Numbered from the whole stretch's first letter, positions 23,513-36,749 are shown. The stretch: DNA of 61,853 bases, filler included, from Catajapyx aquilonaris (GCA_000934665.2; 4 parts of 4 records of this genome joined end to end with filler, not necessarily neighbours in it); one strand, 5' to 3'. Made by a program: numbers and translations. The notes: generated from the letters alone by a model not told the origin.

Positions 23513-23994
23513 GGTTTTAATTCAGTTCATCTCCTACATACATATAAATAACTAATGATATGATAGGCAGGAGCTTATTTTAAAATCTAATGACATTGCG
23601 ATTACTTGACAACCCTGAGTATACATGACCACATTCAAGTATATTACACGAGATAATTAAGCGCACATGGCGTGGTACCTGCTCAATCATCCACGTCGAG
23701 CTGTTTGGTGTGCGACACGCAAAAGTTCAAAGCTATAGAGGAGGTTTGGCTGGATTATTTTGCATTTCTTAGCAACCTGAATAACTTAACATATTATTAC
23801 ATGTCACTGTCCCAGTAATTTGCTGATTGGCTGACGTGAACACCAAATTCCAAGTGCCTGCACACTGTCATGATACACATGATGTATGACTGTAGTGTAC
23901 AAGAAGTGCTTATACGATGGGGGGAAAAAGACATGCTGCATAAATATAAACTTTTATTCACTGATGAATAATCCTTATAGTGTGGGCCTATATT

Positions 23995-25870
23995 TTAAGA
24001 GTCAGTGTCTCCTCCGTACTGGTTGACATGAAAGCAAACCTGCGCTTTGGCCACCTCCAACTCGAAATAAGCCTGGAGAGTGGGGGGAATGCCCATTGCA
24101 TCCATCATGTCCCGAACAATCTCCCGTGTGATTGGCCTCGCCTGGTTCCTCTTCCAAGCTATGATGTCGCTGCTGGTCCAGCAGTCTTCTGGTCTGAAGC
24201 AGAACGTCTCGTCCTCTAACATCAGGCTCCAAGGGCTCTCACCTGCCGATAAAACAGCCCTGGCTTCATTACACTGTCCAATTTGACTATCATAATCCCA
24301 CCTGCCTGGTGCCTTCTGGAAGAACACGTGGTTAACGATGGTCCGCACGCAGAGCTGCTGCAATCCGGCAGAGAGGCAGCCGAACATCAACGTGACCACG
24401 CTGTTCCGATGCTTGTTGTCTTCACTGCCCAGATGAGGGAAGTTGGTCATAATCTGAAGCATGCCCTGAATATTTTCTCGGGTGCCACCATCTCTGAAGT
24501 ACCCAAAGTCGACAGCAGGGGTCACGGTACTGTGCAGCACCGAGTCCACTACCCCCTTGTCGAAACCCGATTCCGTGAAATGACCCGAATCGTGTAGCAC
24601 TACGGCCAGCAAGGTGCATACCTCCAAGCATCGCGTGTGATCACTGCTGTGTACCTTCCCGACGACGTTCAAGTCCGCACCTTTCTCGAACAGGTAACGA
24701 CCCAGGTCGGAGTGTCCCTTCCAGGCAGCGTACCACAGAGCTGTCCGGTTGTTACTGTCTCTCTCGTGGACATCCGGCACCTGAGAATTTAATTACAGGT
24801 TGACAACAGCACTATGCAATAATGAGCAGCACCGTACCACTGGAAGCGTCCACAGGTAGTCAATCAGGTGCAGCTGAGGACTAGGGCCCTTGCAGACGAA
24901 CATGAGCGCATTTCGTCCTTCGGGATCTGTGATGTTCAAGCGGTCAGCTCTCGGACACACCATTTTCAGGATGTCAATGTCGCCTCCAGGGTCAGACAAC
25001 ACTTCGATGAGGATGAAGGGGACAAACACTTCTTCGTCATACCAGCCAATTCTATCTGCAAGGAGGAGGATCAGACGATGCACGACTGCGTGTCGGGTGT
25101 GGGATGAAAACAACAAAGCTCACTGATTAAGCTCTGACATTACAAAGTGTGATTATTTCATTCTACGCTACAGTTTTGGCAAATATACCGGCCAACATGT
25201 CCGCAAACTGCAGCAGATGCTCCTTGGCCTCACTCGGAGTCATGTTTCTCTCTCCGTCCAATCCTATCACGGAAGTGACGGAATCCGTGTTCAATCTTTC
25301 TCGCCTGGAATTGAATCATTGATAATTTCAACAAACGGACCGCCCAACAACCTATCCACATATGATGCAGCGTGATCTGCATCGTACGTACCTACAGTTG
25401 TAATTGCGCCAGACTGTCATGTACTTGGAGATGAAATCGTCCATCAGAGAGAACCTGGCACTTATGCGATTGACGGACACTTTATGCAGGATCAGTCTCG
25501 CCAACTTCAAATGCATTGGCCTCTTCTTGGCCTGAACGTCCAAGCCAAGAGCGACGCGAAGAGGCAACTCAGCGAATGGGCCTAAACACCAACAGAGACA
25601 GAGTAACATGGAACTGTATGAGTCTGAAGTACTCTCTGCGTACGAAAAGTACGTATGTGGCTAGGCGAAAATTATTTACTATGAAAAATGCAGGAGAGCC
25701 GGCCATATATTCCATACAGTAGATTTATTCGTATTTAAAGCAAGTTGTTCACCTTCACTGAAGATTCGTGCTCCGGGTACGTTACCCTCAATAATTTTCT
25801 CAGCAGTGGTCCAACATCCCATACTCAATATATCAGACAAGCTGTTTATTCTTTCCCCGCGTAGCTCCAT
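23995..25870 (-). CDS. Ankyrin-repeat protein with C-terminal SOCS-box-like motif; 5 coding exons (25870-25753, 25581-25392, 25304-25189, 25055-24838, 24780-23995), ~475 aa
   Basis: GT-AG introns with matching phases (1,2,1,0) join the fragments into one open frame (exon 1 donor least certain). Ankyrin motifs DPEGRNALMFVC and DSNNRTALWYAAWKGHSDLGRYLFEKGADLN; C-terminal SPWSL...MDAMGIPPTLQAYFELE. Confidence 0.75.
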
Positions 25871-26319
25871 TGCGTGGAAAAGCCCTGGAAATTATTGCCA
25901 CGGTAATTTCTTTATTATTTTGACTGAAATTGGAATGGATAGTGGAAGATCAATGTCTGAAGATATTGCGTGGAGAATGTTCCACAACTTTGCGCAGATT
26001 AGTGTCGGTAAAAACCAGCTCGGTCAAGTTGGAATTCTAGTCGTGCAGGCAAAGCAGCCTTCTTCTCAACAATGGTGTCAAAATGACTCAGCAGATCAGG
26101 GCCGACTTCAGAACACTAGGGAAGTGTATTATGAACTGATCAGTTCTGGTCGATTGCTTAGAATTATGGGTGATATAGTGGAATTTGTCTAAAGATAAAG
26201 AGTGAGACACTTACAGTAAAATTGTCACTCTGATGTAAAGCACTGACAATAGAACAATGTCCAAAACTGGACAGGTTGTTTCCATGGAATCACTCGAAAT
26301 ACAATATATCGTTGTCCTA

Positions 26320-26388
<69 letters not shown>
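26320..26388. repeat. (GAT)n microsatellite
   Basis: Seen directly. Confidence 0.95.
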
Positions 26389-26390
<2 letters not shown>

Positions 26391-27338
26391 TCCTTTTAAA
26401 TAGCCATGGATAGATGCTGCGAAACTGTCCTGTAAGTGTAGCTATATGAAGAAAAAAATGCAATATGCAATATTTAAGCTGAGGAAATGGAATACCCGAT
26501 GGATATGGGCAGACTACTGCACTCAATTTGTATTACATAGCAATATTGTGAATGGCCATATGACATATTCCTCGTAATAAGTGTCCAATTATTATTGGAC
26601 ACTGTCTTATGGTTCCATAGTTGCAGCACTCCGTGGTTCAATTTGGAGTGCAAATAATAATTTCGAAGTGGAAAGTGCACTTTGCATCGGAATATTTCGA
26701 CCCCTGAATTACTGTATATGCGGAACATGTGGGATAATAATTATTTATTGATTGATTTTAATAAAATCTTGACTAAAATGTGACCTTTACCCTTCCACAA
26801 TATATTATTCTGTTTCAGATTTTATCTTCTGGAAAACTACAACTTCCAGGCGTTTTTCAAAATGTTTGGCAAATACTAGACAAGTGTGATTCTGATCGTT
26901 CTGCATTACAAGTCTTCATTTTATTCCCTACCCTTGCCATAATAAGTGACACCTCATTAAAACACAAGGTCAGATAATTATAATTTTCCCATCCACTTTT
27001 ATTTCGGGAAGGGCTTCATACACGCGTTCATGGGCAATCCTCATTTGGATGGCCCCGTTATTGCTTCGGAAGCAACTGCGCCAGCCGACCATCTACTCAT
27101 CGCACGTGGTCGTCGATGGCTTTCGAGTGGTGGTCCTCCTTGGCTTTCTAGTGGTGGTGGTGGTCCTCATTGTTGTCCAGATAGGAATTCCGGGCTGGCT
27201 AGCCAATTTGGCCCTACAGCCCCTCCTTTCCCATTTATTCAACACATATATTTACAACACAAAACAAGTATAACATCAAACAAGACAGTATAACATCAAA
27301 AACGCAGCCCAGTCATCCATCATCAGATCATCCATACA

Positions 27339-27599
27339 TCAGTCAAAAATTGTTCCATTCCCGCCTCCTCCGCCGCCGCCGTTTCCTCCTCCTCCCAACA
27401 ATCCTCCCAACAATCCTTGCAGACCGCTCAGAAGGTTGACGGGCACCTCAAAGAGACCGCCAGCACCTCCCAGGAGACCTCCTCCTCCTCCTCCTCCCTG
27501 CTGGCCTCCCCCTGCGGACGCCCCAGCATCCACCTGCTGCGCCTGGGTCCCACCGCAGCACAACCACGACACCGTAAGGAACACGCAGAGGACCCTCAT
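27339..27599 (-). CDS. Small secreted glycine-rich peptide, 86 aa
   Basis: Signal peptide MRVLCVFLTVSWLCCGGTQA, then GGG runs and GLLGG repeats; AATAAA downstream (~27233). Confidence 0.65.
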   Translation of the reverse strand: MRVLCVFLTVSWLCCGGTQAQQVDAGASAGGGQQGGGGGGGLLGGAGGLFEVPVNLLSGLQGLLGGLLGGGGNGGGGGGGNGTIFD

Positions 27600-28462
27600 C
27601 TGGACTGGACCGATCATCATTCTCGTTGAAGTGAAGGCGACGATGGGATGACTGATAATGGTGGTCCAGGGCACACGGGAATGGAAAGAGATCTCGAGAG
27701 GTTACGCTACACATCCACGTCTTGTCATTTTCCATTGGCATAATGCCCTTCTGCACTCATTCCGCATTAAAATAATAATAAACAGTTAATGCCAATTCAT
27801 ACAGTACATTCACATTCTTATGGAGTAAATAATTGGGCTGAGATTAGAGTCAATGCAAAGAAATGGCCGCATAATAATGTTGGAGCAAGAAATTAACGAG
27901 TGCTGTAATCACCCCGATTTTGTGTATAGGCAGACCCATAATGACGGCAATATACATTATACTGTAGTTAGTTTGAGGGTGAAAGATTTTGTGCACCTCA
28001 TAAAAAACAGGCAATAATAATGAAGACAGTATCAGAGGAAGCAAATATTACTGGGAATGACCTCAGTCTGGGATTATTGAGCGCATGCCCACCAACAGTG
28101 CAGGCCTGAGTGTAGGTACTATACAGTAAAAAGTCATTATCCCACTATTCATTTGAAAAGTGGGTTTAAATAATAAGGCACATTAACAGAGATATAATCT
28201 CCTTGATTAACCTTTAAAAGATTTTTAAAAATCCGGGAGTTGAAAGGGCCGATATTTTGTGCATATGAATATAGCGCCGATTTTAAGACTGCGTGTTGAA
28301 CCTGCTCGAAATGATCGCGGCCGACCTCGTTCTTCCTCTGTAGACAAGCGGGCCATTTCAGCAAGCATTTCAGGGCCACTGATAAATTGACATCAGTCAT
28401 GCAAAGACAGTGATTTTATTGGGTGGGCTACGGTGGGCTACATATACAGCAGGGAGTCATCC

Positions 28463-28845
28463 CAAGTTCAAGTGACGATTTAAAGGTTTTAAATAGCAGT
28501 GATTTTGTGCCATTCATGTATAGCAGCTACGTCTGAACTATCACCTCTTCGGCGTCATCGAAAATATTAGCTGCCAACAGCAGCATACATGTAATGAATC
28601 TGCTGGAACCACATGCCACATGCGGCACCAATGCCAATCCGGGAGTCCGCAAAGAAGGCTGCCACTCCCGCGCCACACGCGGGGTAAAACAGGGCACTGC
28701 CAGGTCAACCCGACAGGATTCATTACAAGCTTGATTACATGTATGCTGCTATTGGCAGCTTATATTTTCGATGAAGCTGATGTAGCTGCTACATGAATGG
28801 CGCAAATAACTGCTATTTGTAACTGTTAATCGTCACTTGAACTTG
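28463..28845. mobile_element. Foldback/MITE
   Basis: CAAGTTCAAGTGACGATT...CAGCATACATGTAAT mirrored by ATTACATGTATGCTG...AATCGTCACTTGAACTTG. Confidence 0.65.
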
Positions 28846-29436
28846 TGACCTGCGTGTGACCATAGAGTAAGGCTTGTGACGCCCTGTAGCTAGTAGGATA
28901 CATTAGTATTCTGATGTACAGTACACCTTCTACCATTTTTGTAGGAAAAGAATGCGTCTCGTACCACCCCGCCATGAAGTACAAAAATAATGGTCACTGT
29001 TGCTCCTCACCCAAAATCTTACCTCAACCAGCCCCCTGAGTTAATTATAGCTTATTCGGTACAATAGATGCTGGTCAGCACTTGCTATTTGGTCCAATAG
29101 TCAGCTCATTTACAGGCGCATATTTTACAATATACCGCAGAAGTTGGGTGACAATAATGGCTAGTGATGGGTCTGAGATCAAAAGTGGCCAAGTCCACTG
29201 CAGAAATTATGCACTTTAATGTCATTGGGTATTAATTGCACATTTGCGTATATGTAGCAGACTAGCTATGCGGCAACGTAATAATTATGGTCGTACAAGA
29301 GGTTAACGTAAACGCCGCCGATTAAATCCTTAGCTTTAGCTATTTAGCAAAGGCGAATTTTTAGTTAGCTTGTTAGCTGTTAGAGAAGCTAATTTTTCGG
29401 ATAGCTGTGCCCACCTCTGTTCTGTTAGTAAGTTAG

Positions 29437-29572
29437 GGTGGAATTTTTGTCGTACTACTAGTTACTTCTAACTTATAGCAGTACCAGTGTAGTGCAATAC
29501 TGCAAATGTACTGCTAAGTTAGCAGTAACTCGTAGTACGACGAAAATTCCACCGTTCGAAATTAAGTAGTAA
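29437..29572. repeat. Imperfect hairpin, probable MITE
   Basis: GGTGGAATTTTTGTCGTACTAC ... GTAGTACGACGAAAATTCCACC. Confidence 0.7.
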
Positions 29573-29929
29573 GTTAGTCACCTGTTATTTTCACTCATTT
29601 GCCAAGCACAGGGCCGTTTCGCGACCCGTCCGCGTGAGAGTGCTAGCATGTTACCAAGCACATAAATTTTAAAAAAAGAACTGCAATTATCACAAAAACC
29701 TTCCATTCTGTAAAAAAAAGGGTAGTAAGACCTCTATGGCGGATAGAAATTAATTAAACAAGACAGGTATGCGTAAGACCTAGCTTCACTAGATTATTAT
29801 TAAAGGATATCGTAATGCTACATTGCGAAGGGTATGTGTAAAATTTTTACTAATATGTGAATATGTAAGCAGGGTCTTACTCATGCATTTCTTTATATTA
29901 TAATTTGCTGAAAATATTGGACGAGACGT

Positions 29930-30927
29930 TGTGGGGACCACGTGTGTGGTTCCAGCATTTATCCTCTTTTGGAAATTGTCCCTGTTCTTGTGCGCCATCT
30001 GGTGGCTGTAATACTGTATAAAAGGAAGGGGGCTTCGGCCCTCAAGACTCTCTCTCCTGTAACACTCGAGCAATACACTGATTTAACCTCCTACCGGACT
30101 CTTATTCCCACACCCTGCGAGCTAGCTAGGTCAGGGGTCAGGTCAAGGGACCTCATAATTGGCGCCCAAGGTGGTTTTGTGTAGCCAATCTGCACATACC
30201 CGGTTGTGGTATGGAGGACGATGAGGTGTTGCGGCCGGATTCGGCTTGCTGGTCGAGCAGAGGAGAGAGGGTGAGTACGGGCGGGCAGGTCAACGTTGAC
30301 TTGCCGCCGTACGTTGGGTCGAGGGGGACGAAGCCGTCCTCCATGACCCTGCTGCAAATCCGGAGGCGGTAAGAGTGCCGTTCCGGAGGAGTATTGCGTG
30401 CAGTTGGTTGTTGTCAGACAACAGACCATCAGCCATGCAATACGCAGCACTGCAGGGCATGTGTCGGGTGTACCAATTCCTGGGTGTACCCGTCCTTGTC
30501 CAGCAGGAACGACATTGCTCCGGAACGTGCGTTTCCGGGCGTGTCGGATCGACATGACGGTGGTCAGTCGGAGCATTGTCGGAGCGAACCTCGATGCAGG
30601 GTGTCGAGGTGCCGCCGTATGTTGGGTTGAGGGGGACGAAGCTGTCCTGAGTGACCCCGCTGTCAAAATCCGGAGGCGGCTAGTGCTGATCCGGATGAGC
30701 AGCTGCGTGTTGTTGGTTGTTGACGCTCAACAGACCACGCATGCGATATGCAGCAATGCAGGGCATGGGTCGGGAGTACCCGTACTTGTCCAGCAGTGGT
30801 GATGCGGTTCCGGAACGTGTGTTTCCGGAAGTGTCGAACCGGGATGACGATGGTCAGTCGCCTGCCAAATGGCGGGGCTGTTGGTCTCGATGCAAGACGT
30901 CGAGGTGCCAGCTGTAAGACTGGTGTC
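29930..30927 (+). mobile_element. LTR retroelement 5' end: LTR (29930-30157), tRNA-Lys-type PBS, internal ~308-bp tandem repeat
   Basis: TGTGGGGACC start, TATAAAA, AATACA, then AT-TGGCGCCCAA at 30160; repeat unit CGTAYGTTGGGTYGAGGGGGACGAAGC at 30308 and 30616. Confidence 0.65.
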
Positions 30928-31027
30928 NNNNNNNNNNNNNNNNNNNNNNNNNNNNNNNNNNNNNNNNNNNNTTAATTAATTAANNNNNNNNNNNNNNNNN
31001 NNNNNNNNNNNNNNNNNNNNNNNNNNN

Positions 31028-31125
31028 GGTTTTTGCTGTAAAAGGAATTGGCTGTCAGGGAAATTGGCGGCAAAGGAAAATGTGTGTTGGCGGTAAAAGT
31101 TTTTGGCTGTCAGGCAGGCGACCCG
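31028..31125. mobile_element. MULE-like terminus with subterminal repeats
   Basis: Repeated TTGGCKGYMA units ending ...GGCGACCCG next to a gap. Confidence 0.4.
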
Positions 31126-32014
31126 TGGCGCAACTCCTCTTTCGCAACTGCACTCTGCAGCATCAGGAAAAATTGTCCTTTGTCATCGATTTAATACTGA
31201 TCAACTGCGCAATATCCCGATGACTAAGTGTCAGGTGGTTAAAAGGATATTGCACAACGGGCGAGATTAAGTCGCATAAGCTTGTGAAATTCTGACCTAT
31301 AACGCGTACGTCAATGGTATAGGCCTCGCTGGGTGACATTAACAGTTAGGTGGAATCGTAATGTCATTTGCACAACGCCTACCTGGACAGTTGCTGTACA
31401 CACAGTACTCATGAAACTCTTGAAATTCGCTATATGATGTGAACCGACAGATGGCATGTTGTCGTAAATGGCGGTCCTGTCGTGTCCAGCCCAACCCATC
31501 ACTCTGGTGATGTTGTTGCAATGTTTTCCACACATTGATGGGGTTGTTCACTGGGGCCGTTCACTGGGGCCACCGGGTGATTATCGCTAGGATAATACTG
31601 TTCGTAAACGTGTAATGAAATCTTGTACACCTTCCTTAGCTTCTTGCACTACGCTTTTAATATCTCCTAGCAGCTCATGGAAATATCTCACTATACTAAA
31701 TCATTTCATAAACAGTTCCCGAAAGGTTACCCAATCCTCTACCTCTACGTTCCTGAATTCCGGACTGAACATTACATGAGAAGAAGCCGAATCCCGCAAC
31801 TTTAGTTTCAAGCAGTTTTGTCAGACCACCGCAGGTAGTGGCTGAACTAAAGTTAAATGAGATTAGTACTGGATGGGAATAAGATCAGTCGGGGAAAGAT
31901 TTCATTTACTTCTTTATTTGGTACTCCGTAATATGGTTTACTGTACTAACACTTTGCTCTTTTATTTCTCAATCCATACTGTTACTTCTGCTCCCCAACA
32001 GCGGGATAATATAG

Positions 32015-32720
32015 TGTCGGGATTGGCATGAAAAATAAAATAGACAGAGAGTCACGGGACTATTACATCAGCCGCCAGAAAAATCTGGAGGAAGTTCCCG
32101 AAAAGGAGGGTGATCTAATGATGAAATCATCATCACCTGTTGGGTAACTTACGCGGAAAAACCCTGATAAGGATTTCCGCCACACCCAAAAGTATTGGTC
32201 ACCTTGGCAATGACTCTAAAAAGTGGCCTTGATTCTGAGAATAGGGTGTTATTACATCATACTCAGACGCCTCAACAGGAAAATTATCAAGGTTCCTGTC
32301 AACTCATGTGATTTAAAACCACTGTTTTAGCAGTAAATTAAGACTCAAGGTTGAGTCACGAAATTAGTTGACGCATTGACCAACACTTCCGGGGTGCTAA
32401 AGGGTATAAATACAGTATGGGGGCTGGCCAAAGGAATCTAGAAGGAGAGAGAAGTGCAACGGGTGTCCTCTTCAGGTCAGCTGGTCATCGCTCTAACTGC
32501 AGTAACATCATGCGGTGTTGTGAGTATAAGTGCTGTATGTCCTGTACTACTCGTTAATTACCTGACTTGTTCGTTGTCAATTATATGTCATTAAACCAGA
32601 TGAAAAGCAAGATTGTGTCTGTTCTCTGATTTTTCCCGCCTCGGGTTGACTCGACTGCAAAGATTTCAGTACAGCTGAACCTGTGCTACGTTACCCTAAT
32701 TTGTGCCGAATTTGGCAACA
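32015..32720 (+). mobile_element. Possible solo LTR
   Basis: TGTCGG ... GCAACA ends, TATAAATA ~32405, ATTAAA ~32590; no clean TSD. Confidence 0.35.
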
Positions 32721-32899
32721 ATCTGATAATAGAGTCGAAGACATTCAATAATATCAGGCGTTACACTGTCATTGTTACTTCTATTAAATGTAACATCCTA
32801 CAAACAATAATAGCTAACATCTTAAAGCTCACATTGTCTCTTCTTTAGTTATTGGTACATGCTTACTCCTACTTCTGTATAAAGAAAAATCTTCGCAGA

Positions 32900-34780
32900 T
32901 GGAAATTTGATATGAGATACATGGCTTACCTGGTATCAAGATGATTCAACAGAGGTTCACTACGTACTGCTTCTAATTCTTGTTAAACCCTAGGGTTTTT
33001 ATACTTTCCACCCGTATTCCATGGTAATCCAACATGCTCGCAATGCCTCCCTTAGTGGGCTCCGGCATATTTACGTTTCCCGTCTCTTTGAGGTAATAAA
33101 AAAGATAGCTAATGTGTTCTATCGCGTGGATTCTATTCTGGAGTCATTTGTTGGATTAATCAATGTGGTCCATCATATGACTCATACTTCTTTTGCGTAT
33201 CATTAATAACCTCTGCATAAATCCAGCGTTAATATTAATAACATGTAGGCAAACCTTTAAGACTGTTTATGTTAGCTTGTCAAAATAGCATGCATGACAG
33301 TTTATATGTTCCGCATCGTTCCACTGAGACATGAGACCTGCTATCTCAATATGGTTCACAAACTGGAGGGCGATTCTCCTGCCCTACCCTCAAAAAACGG
33401 GCTTGTAACCAACAATCTTGTATTGAATTTAACTGATGCCGGCCTGTCCGAAGACATGGTTCCAGCTTCTGATGGAGTGCCGTCATTCTGGCTATTTGGG
33501 GGATCCTCCACCTGTCTCCCATTCTGTCCGTTCCGTCCGGTATTCGCCATAGCTGCAACTAACTGCTTGTTTGCCCCTAGTATTCTGGTTAACGTTCAAT
33601 TCAATTCAATATTATCTTCTAACAATGCATAGTATTCTGTTCTATTAACGTAAGCTTCCCTTCAAATAGCGCTGCGTCCCACTCTAAGCTTTGATTGGAA
33701 CCCGAAGTAGACATATATGTATCCTACCATCCTAGACAATACAATTACACATACAACACGCTTCTCAGCCAGAATCCCTATGAGCTCCAATAATCACATA
33801 CTCATAATAAATACTACCATTAATCCAAACAACTACAACCATACCCCTTCCAACGCTCAAAGTTAATTACATTTAGTATTAATCAGATTTTAAAGAATCC
33901 TGCAGGCTGCGCCAATTGTCGGACCTAGGCAGGTACGGGTCCGAATATGAGTTGGAAGGACATATGATTTGGATTTGGAGACATTAAAATGTATACAATC
34001 GTATCTATTAATGCTTGTTTATAATACACACAGATCTTACATATACCTTGATCCTGTGCACGTGACTGTTCCATGTTACAGTTTCACCTCAGGTATTAAT
34101 GTTTCCCTCCAAAATCACATAATTTGCGATTGAAAATTCTTACCTGTGTGTGTGTGTGTGTGTGTGTGTTTTTAATAAATATATTTTAACGTTTAACACT
34201 GACCCAAGGGGGTTGAATTTTCTTTTGGTTAGATATAGTTTTGGACTCCAAATAATCTGTATACGGATCAATCTCGGTAAATTGGAACAACATGGAGGAG
34301 ATTGGGTCCGCAGTGCCAAGGTAAAATCCATGTCTCCTCACCTCCTAGGACTTTGACGAAAATTGGCAGTCGAGCTTAATTGCGCGTTAATTGGTGCAAA
34401 CTGTGCTGGGTCATGGGAGGGCACGAAGTCGTGAAGAGGTCGGGAGAGGGGACGGCGCCTTATAGGTCACCCCCATCACCCCAAAAAGTTGCTCCCCAAA
34501 AAATTTGTGTATGTCCACAGTCCCCGTCTTTTTTTTCTCTCTTCCATGCCTGTTGGCCATCTTTGGTTCTGCACAATCTTTTCACCCATCATGTACTTAC
34601 ACGTCAACAAAGTTTAAGACAAACCTGTCGGCTCATTAGATAAGGGGAGGGCACACAAAAATGCAGGTGCGGTACTTTGCAGGAGAGTTTTGATCCAGAT
34701 TGGAGTGCCCATAAATTTACTTGGCATAATGCTGCTGCTGGTGGAAGGAGTGCTGGAAATGTACGACCAAATCTAGTTCA
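32900..34780 (-). mobile_element. Gypsy-like remnant: LTR, PBS and decayed gag
   Basis: Minus strand ...CCGACA-AT-TGGCGCAGCC (LTR end 33917, PBS 33905-33914); ORF from 33550 MANTGRN...PFFEGRAGESPS, then frameshifted FVNHIEIAGLMSQWNDAE (gag-like); outer LTR boundary approximate. Confidence 0.6.
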
Positions 34781-35017
34781 AGACCCAAATGAATGGTGCA
34801 AGAATGCTTACCCCTTTATGGCCACTGAAAAATGACATGGGAAACGGGTTATATCGGTCAAAACATTGGATGTTTGATTACTAATATTACAAAGCATTTT
34901 TATTGTCCATTTGAATGGCATACAGGTACCGTACAAAGAAATATGAAACACTCACACACCCACACACACACACGAACATAAGCACACATATATAGTATAT
35001 GGCTCCGCGCATGCAGT

Positions 35018-36749
35018 CTATTGCGGATCGCGAAGAACTGGGGACGAGAAAACGATTAGTCAGGACAATGATTACATTTAGACGTCGTGATGATGAGGAC
35101 TATACTTACACATAAACTCCTCCATCACCTCCTCATTCCCCATCACCTGCTGGAATCCCATGATACTCGAACCCGGTGTATATGGGGGGCGATTCATTGT
35201 GTCCCCATCTCTCTCCCCAGCATCACCCCCTACCCCCTCCACGGAGTCAGCTCTCTGCACCGGAGCATCATCACCCCCTACCCCCTCCACGGAGTCAACT
35301 CTCTCCACCGGAGCATCATCACCCCCTACCCCCTCCACGGAGTCAGCTCTCTCCATCACCGGGGCATCTCTCTCCATCACCGGGGCATCTCTCTCCATCA
35401 CCTGACCACCTCTCTCCGTCACCGGGACATCCCTCTCTTCGGACGACGCTGCGGATGAGGAGTCCGAATCCGTTGTTCCTTTTCCTCTCCTCCTGCTGCG
35501 CCTTATTTGCTGCCACAATGGTGGCCAATAAATCGCGGCGCCATCTGGCAGCCGCCCGCATCTTCTGATTGAAAATGCGGCTTCGGGCCTTCCTTTTCAC
35601 TGGCCTGCACTTCCGGTTAATGAAGGACCAAATTCTTTGATCCATCTGTGAAAAAAAAAAGAGGAAGGGGGGGCAAAATTGCCAGGTAGTTGCAACTTAA
35701 TACATGATGTGGAGGACACAATCAAGGTTCCGAGGACTTCCGAACACCCCTGTATAACTTGGCCCCCTAAACGCGTGAAGAACCCGAGCAAAATGCATCC
35801 CGACAATAACGGGGCCACAAGTCTAAAAATGACGATTTTGGCTTATTACTAGGGCAGGGTCCATGACTGTGTGCGCATTCAGAAGGCATGTTTTGATTTT
35901 AAAAAAATTAAACATTAATATTGTCTGCGATTATTCGAATGCTACATCAATACCCGATTTATGATAAGTGATAACACTATACCAACACTATACAACCTTC
36001 AAAGCACTCTCCTGTGAAATTGACTTTTTGGACTGCTCGTTATTGCCGGGATGCGACATGACACCCCATACACTGTGCACGCGTGTGGGGCAAAAATTTG
36101 CCCCACAATTTGCCAACTTTCTATCTATATCGTCAACCCCATCCACCCCCTTTCACCTTAGGTCCTCAGCGCATTGAATGCGGGTGGTGGCTATGTTCGT
36201 GAGAGGAGTCCTCTCATCACAAATATAGCCACTCGCAGCGAAAGGGGGACCAAAGTCGGGATAATAAGTGCTGGATATTTGGGGGAACAATATGAAGTAC
36301 CCAGAAGTAGAAGTGATTAAGTCAGTTTTTCTCCAAATTGCGTTTCTGACTTTTTTTGTGATCCTATTGTATGGTACCATTTTACGGAAAAATATTTCGC
36401 GCGGCACAGGAACGCATGTCAGTGCTCTCCACATCATATCATCCATGACATAGCCGAACTTCCGAAGCAGAAGTTGCTAAGTACTACTTATCGGGGCAAA
36501 AATGGCTAAGTCAAAAAATGACTTAATGACCTTTACTTCTGGATACTTCAATTAGAATGTGCAAAGCATGTACTCACAGCCGAAGTGTGGCCAACTCGCT
36601 GGCCCCGCGGGGTGTTAGATGGGCCTGGCTGCACCTCCCTCCCTTGATTGGATTCCGTCTGGAAACAATTGTCGAATAATAAATCGTGATATATGACTAC
36701 ACAGGCACTCATATATTCAAGTACTTACGCCTCTCTTGGAACTCTCCAT
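35018..36749 (-). pseudogene. Small spliced gene or pseudogene with basic N-terminus and acidic tandem repeats
   Basis: TATAAAA ~36820; mini-exons MESSKRG| and TESNQGREVQPGPS...TSA| with GT-AG ends; exon 35645-35110 (one frameshift; VERADSVEGVGGDDAP repeats); last intron with CTGACTAAT branch site; AATAAA ~34900. Confidence 0.5.

Noticed and set aside
16749..24631. Many short ORFs overlapping the IR, LRR and ankyrin genes
   Set aside because: Antisense or alternative-frame shadows of real coding sequence
16628..27599. Bacterial operon or integron-like cassette array, or contamination
   Set aside because: The genes belong to animal families, one has spliceosomal introns, and the shared repeat occurs only twice
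30091..30802. 191-aa and 134-aa ORFs in the LTR interior
   Set aside because: They arise in a GC-rich tandem repeat on both strands, with no recognisable domain
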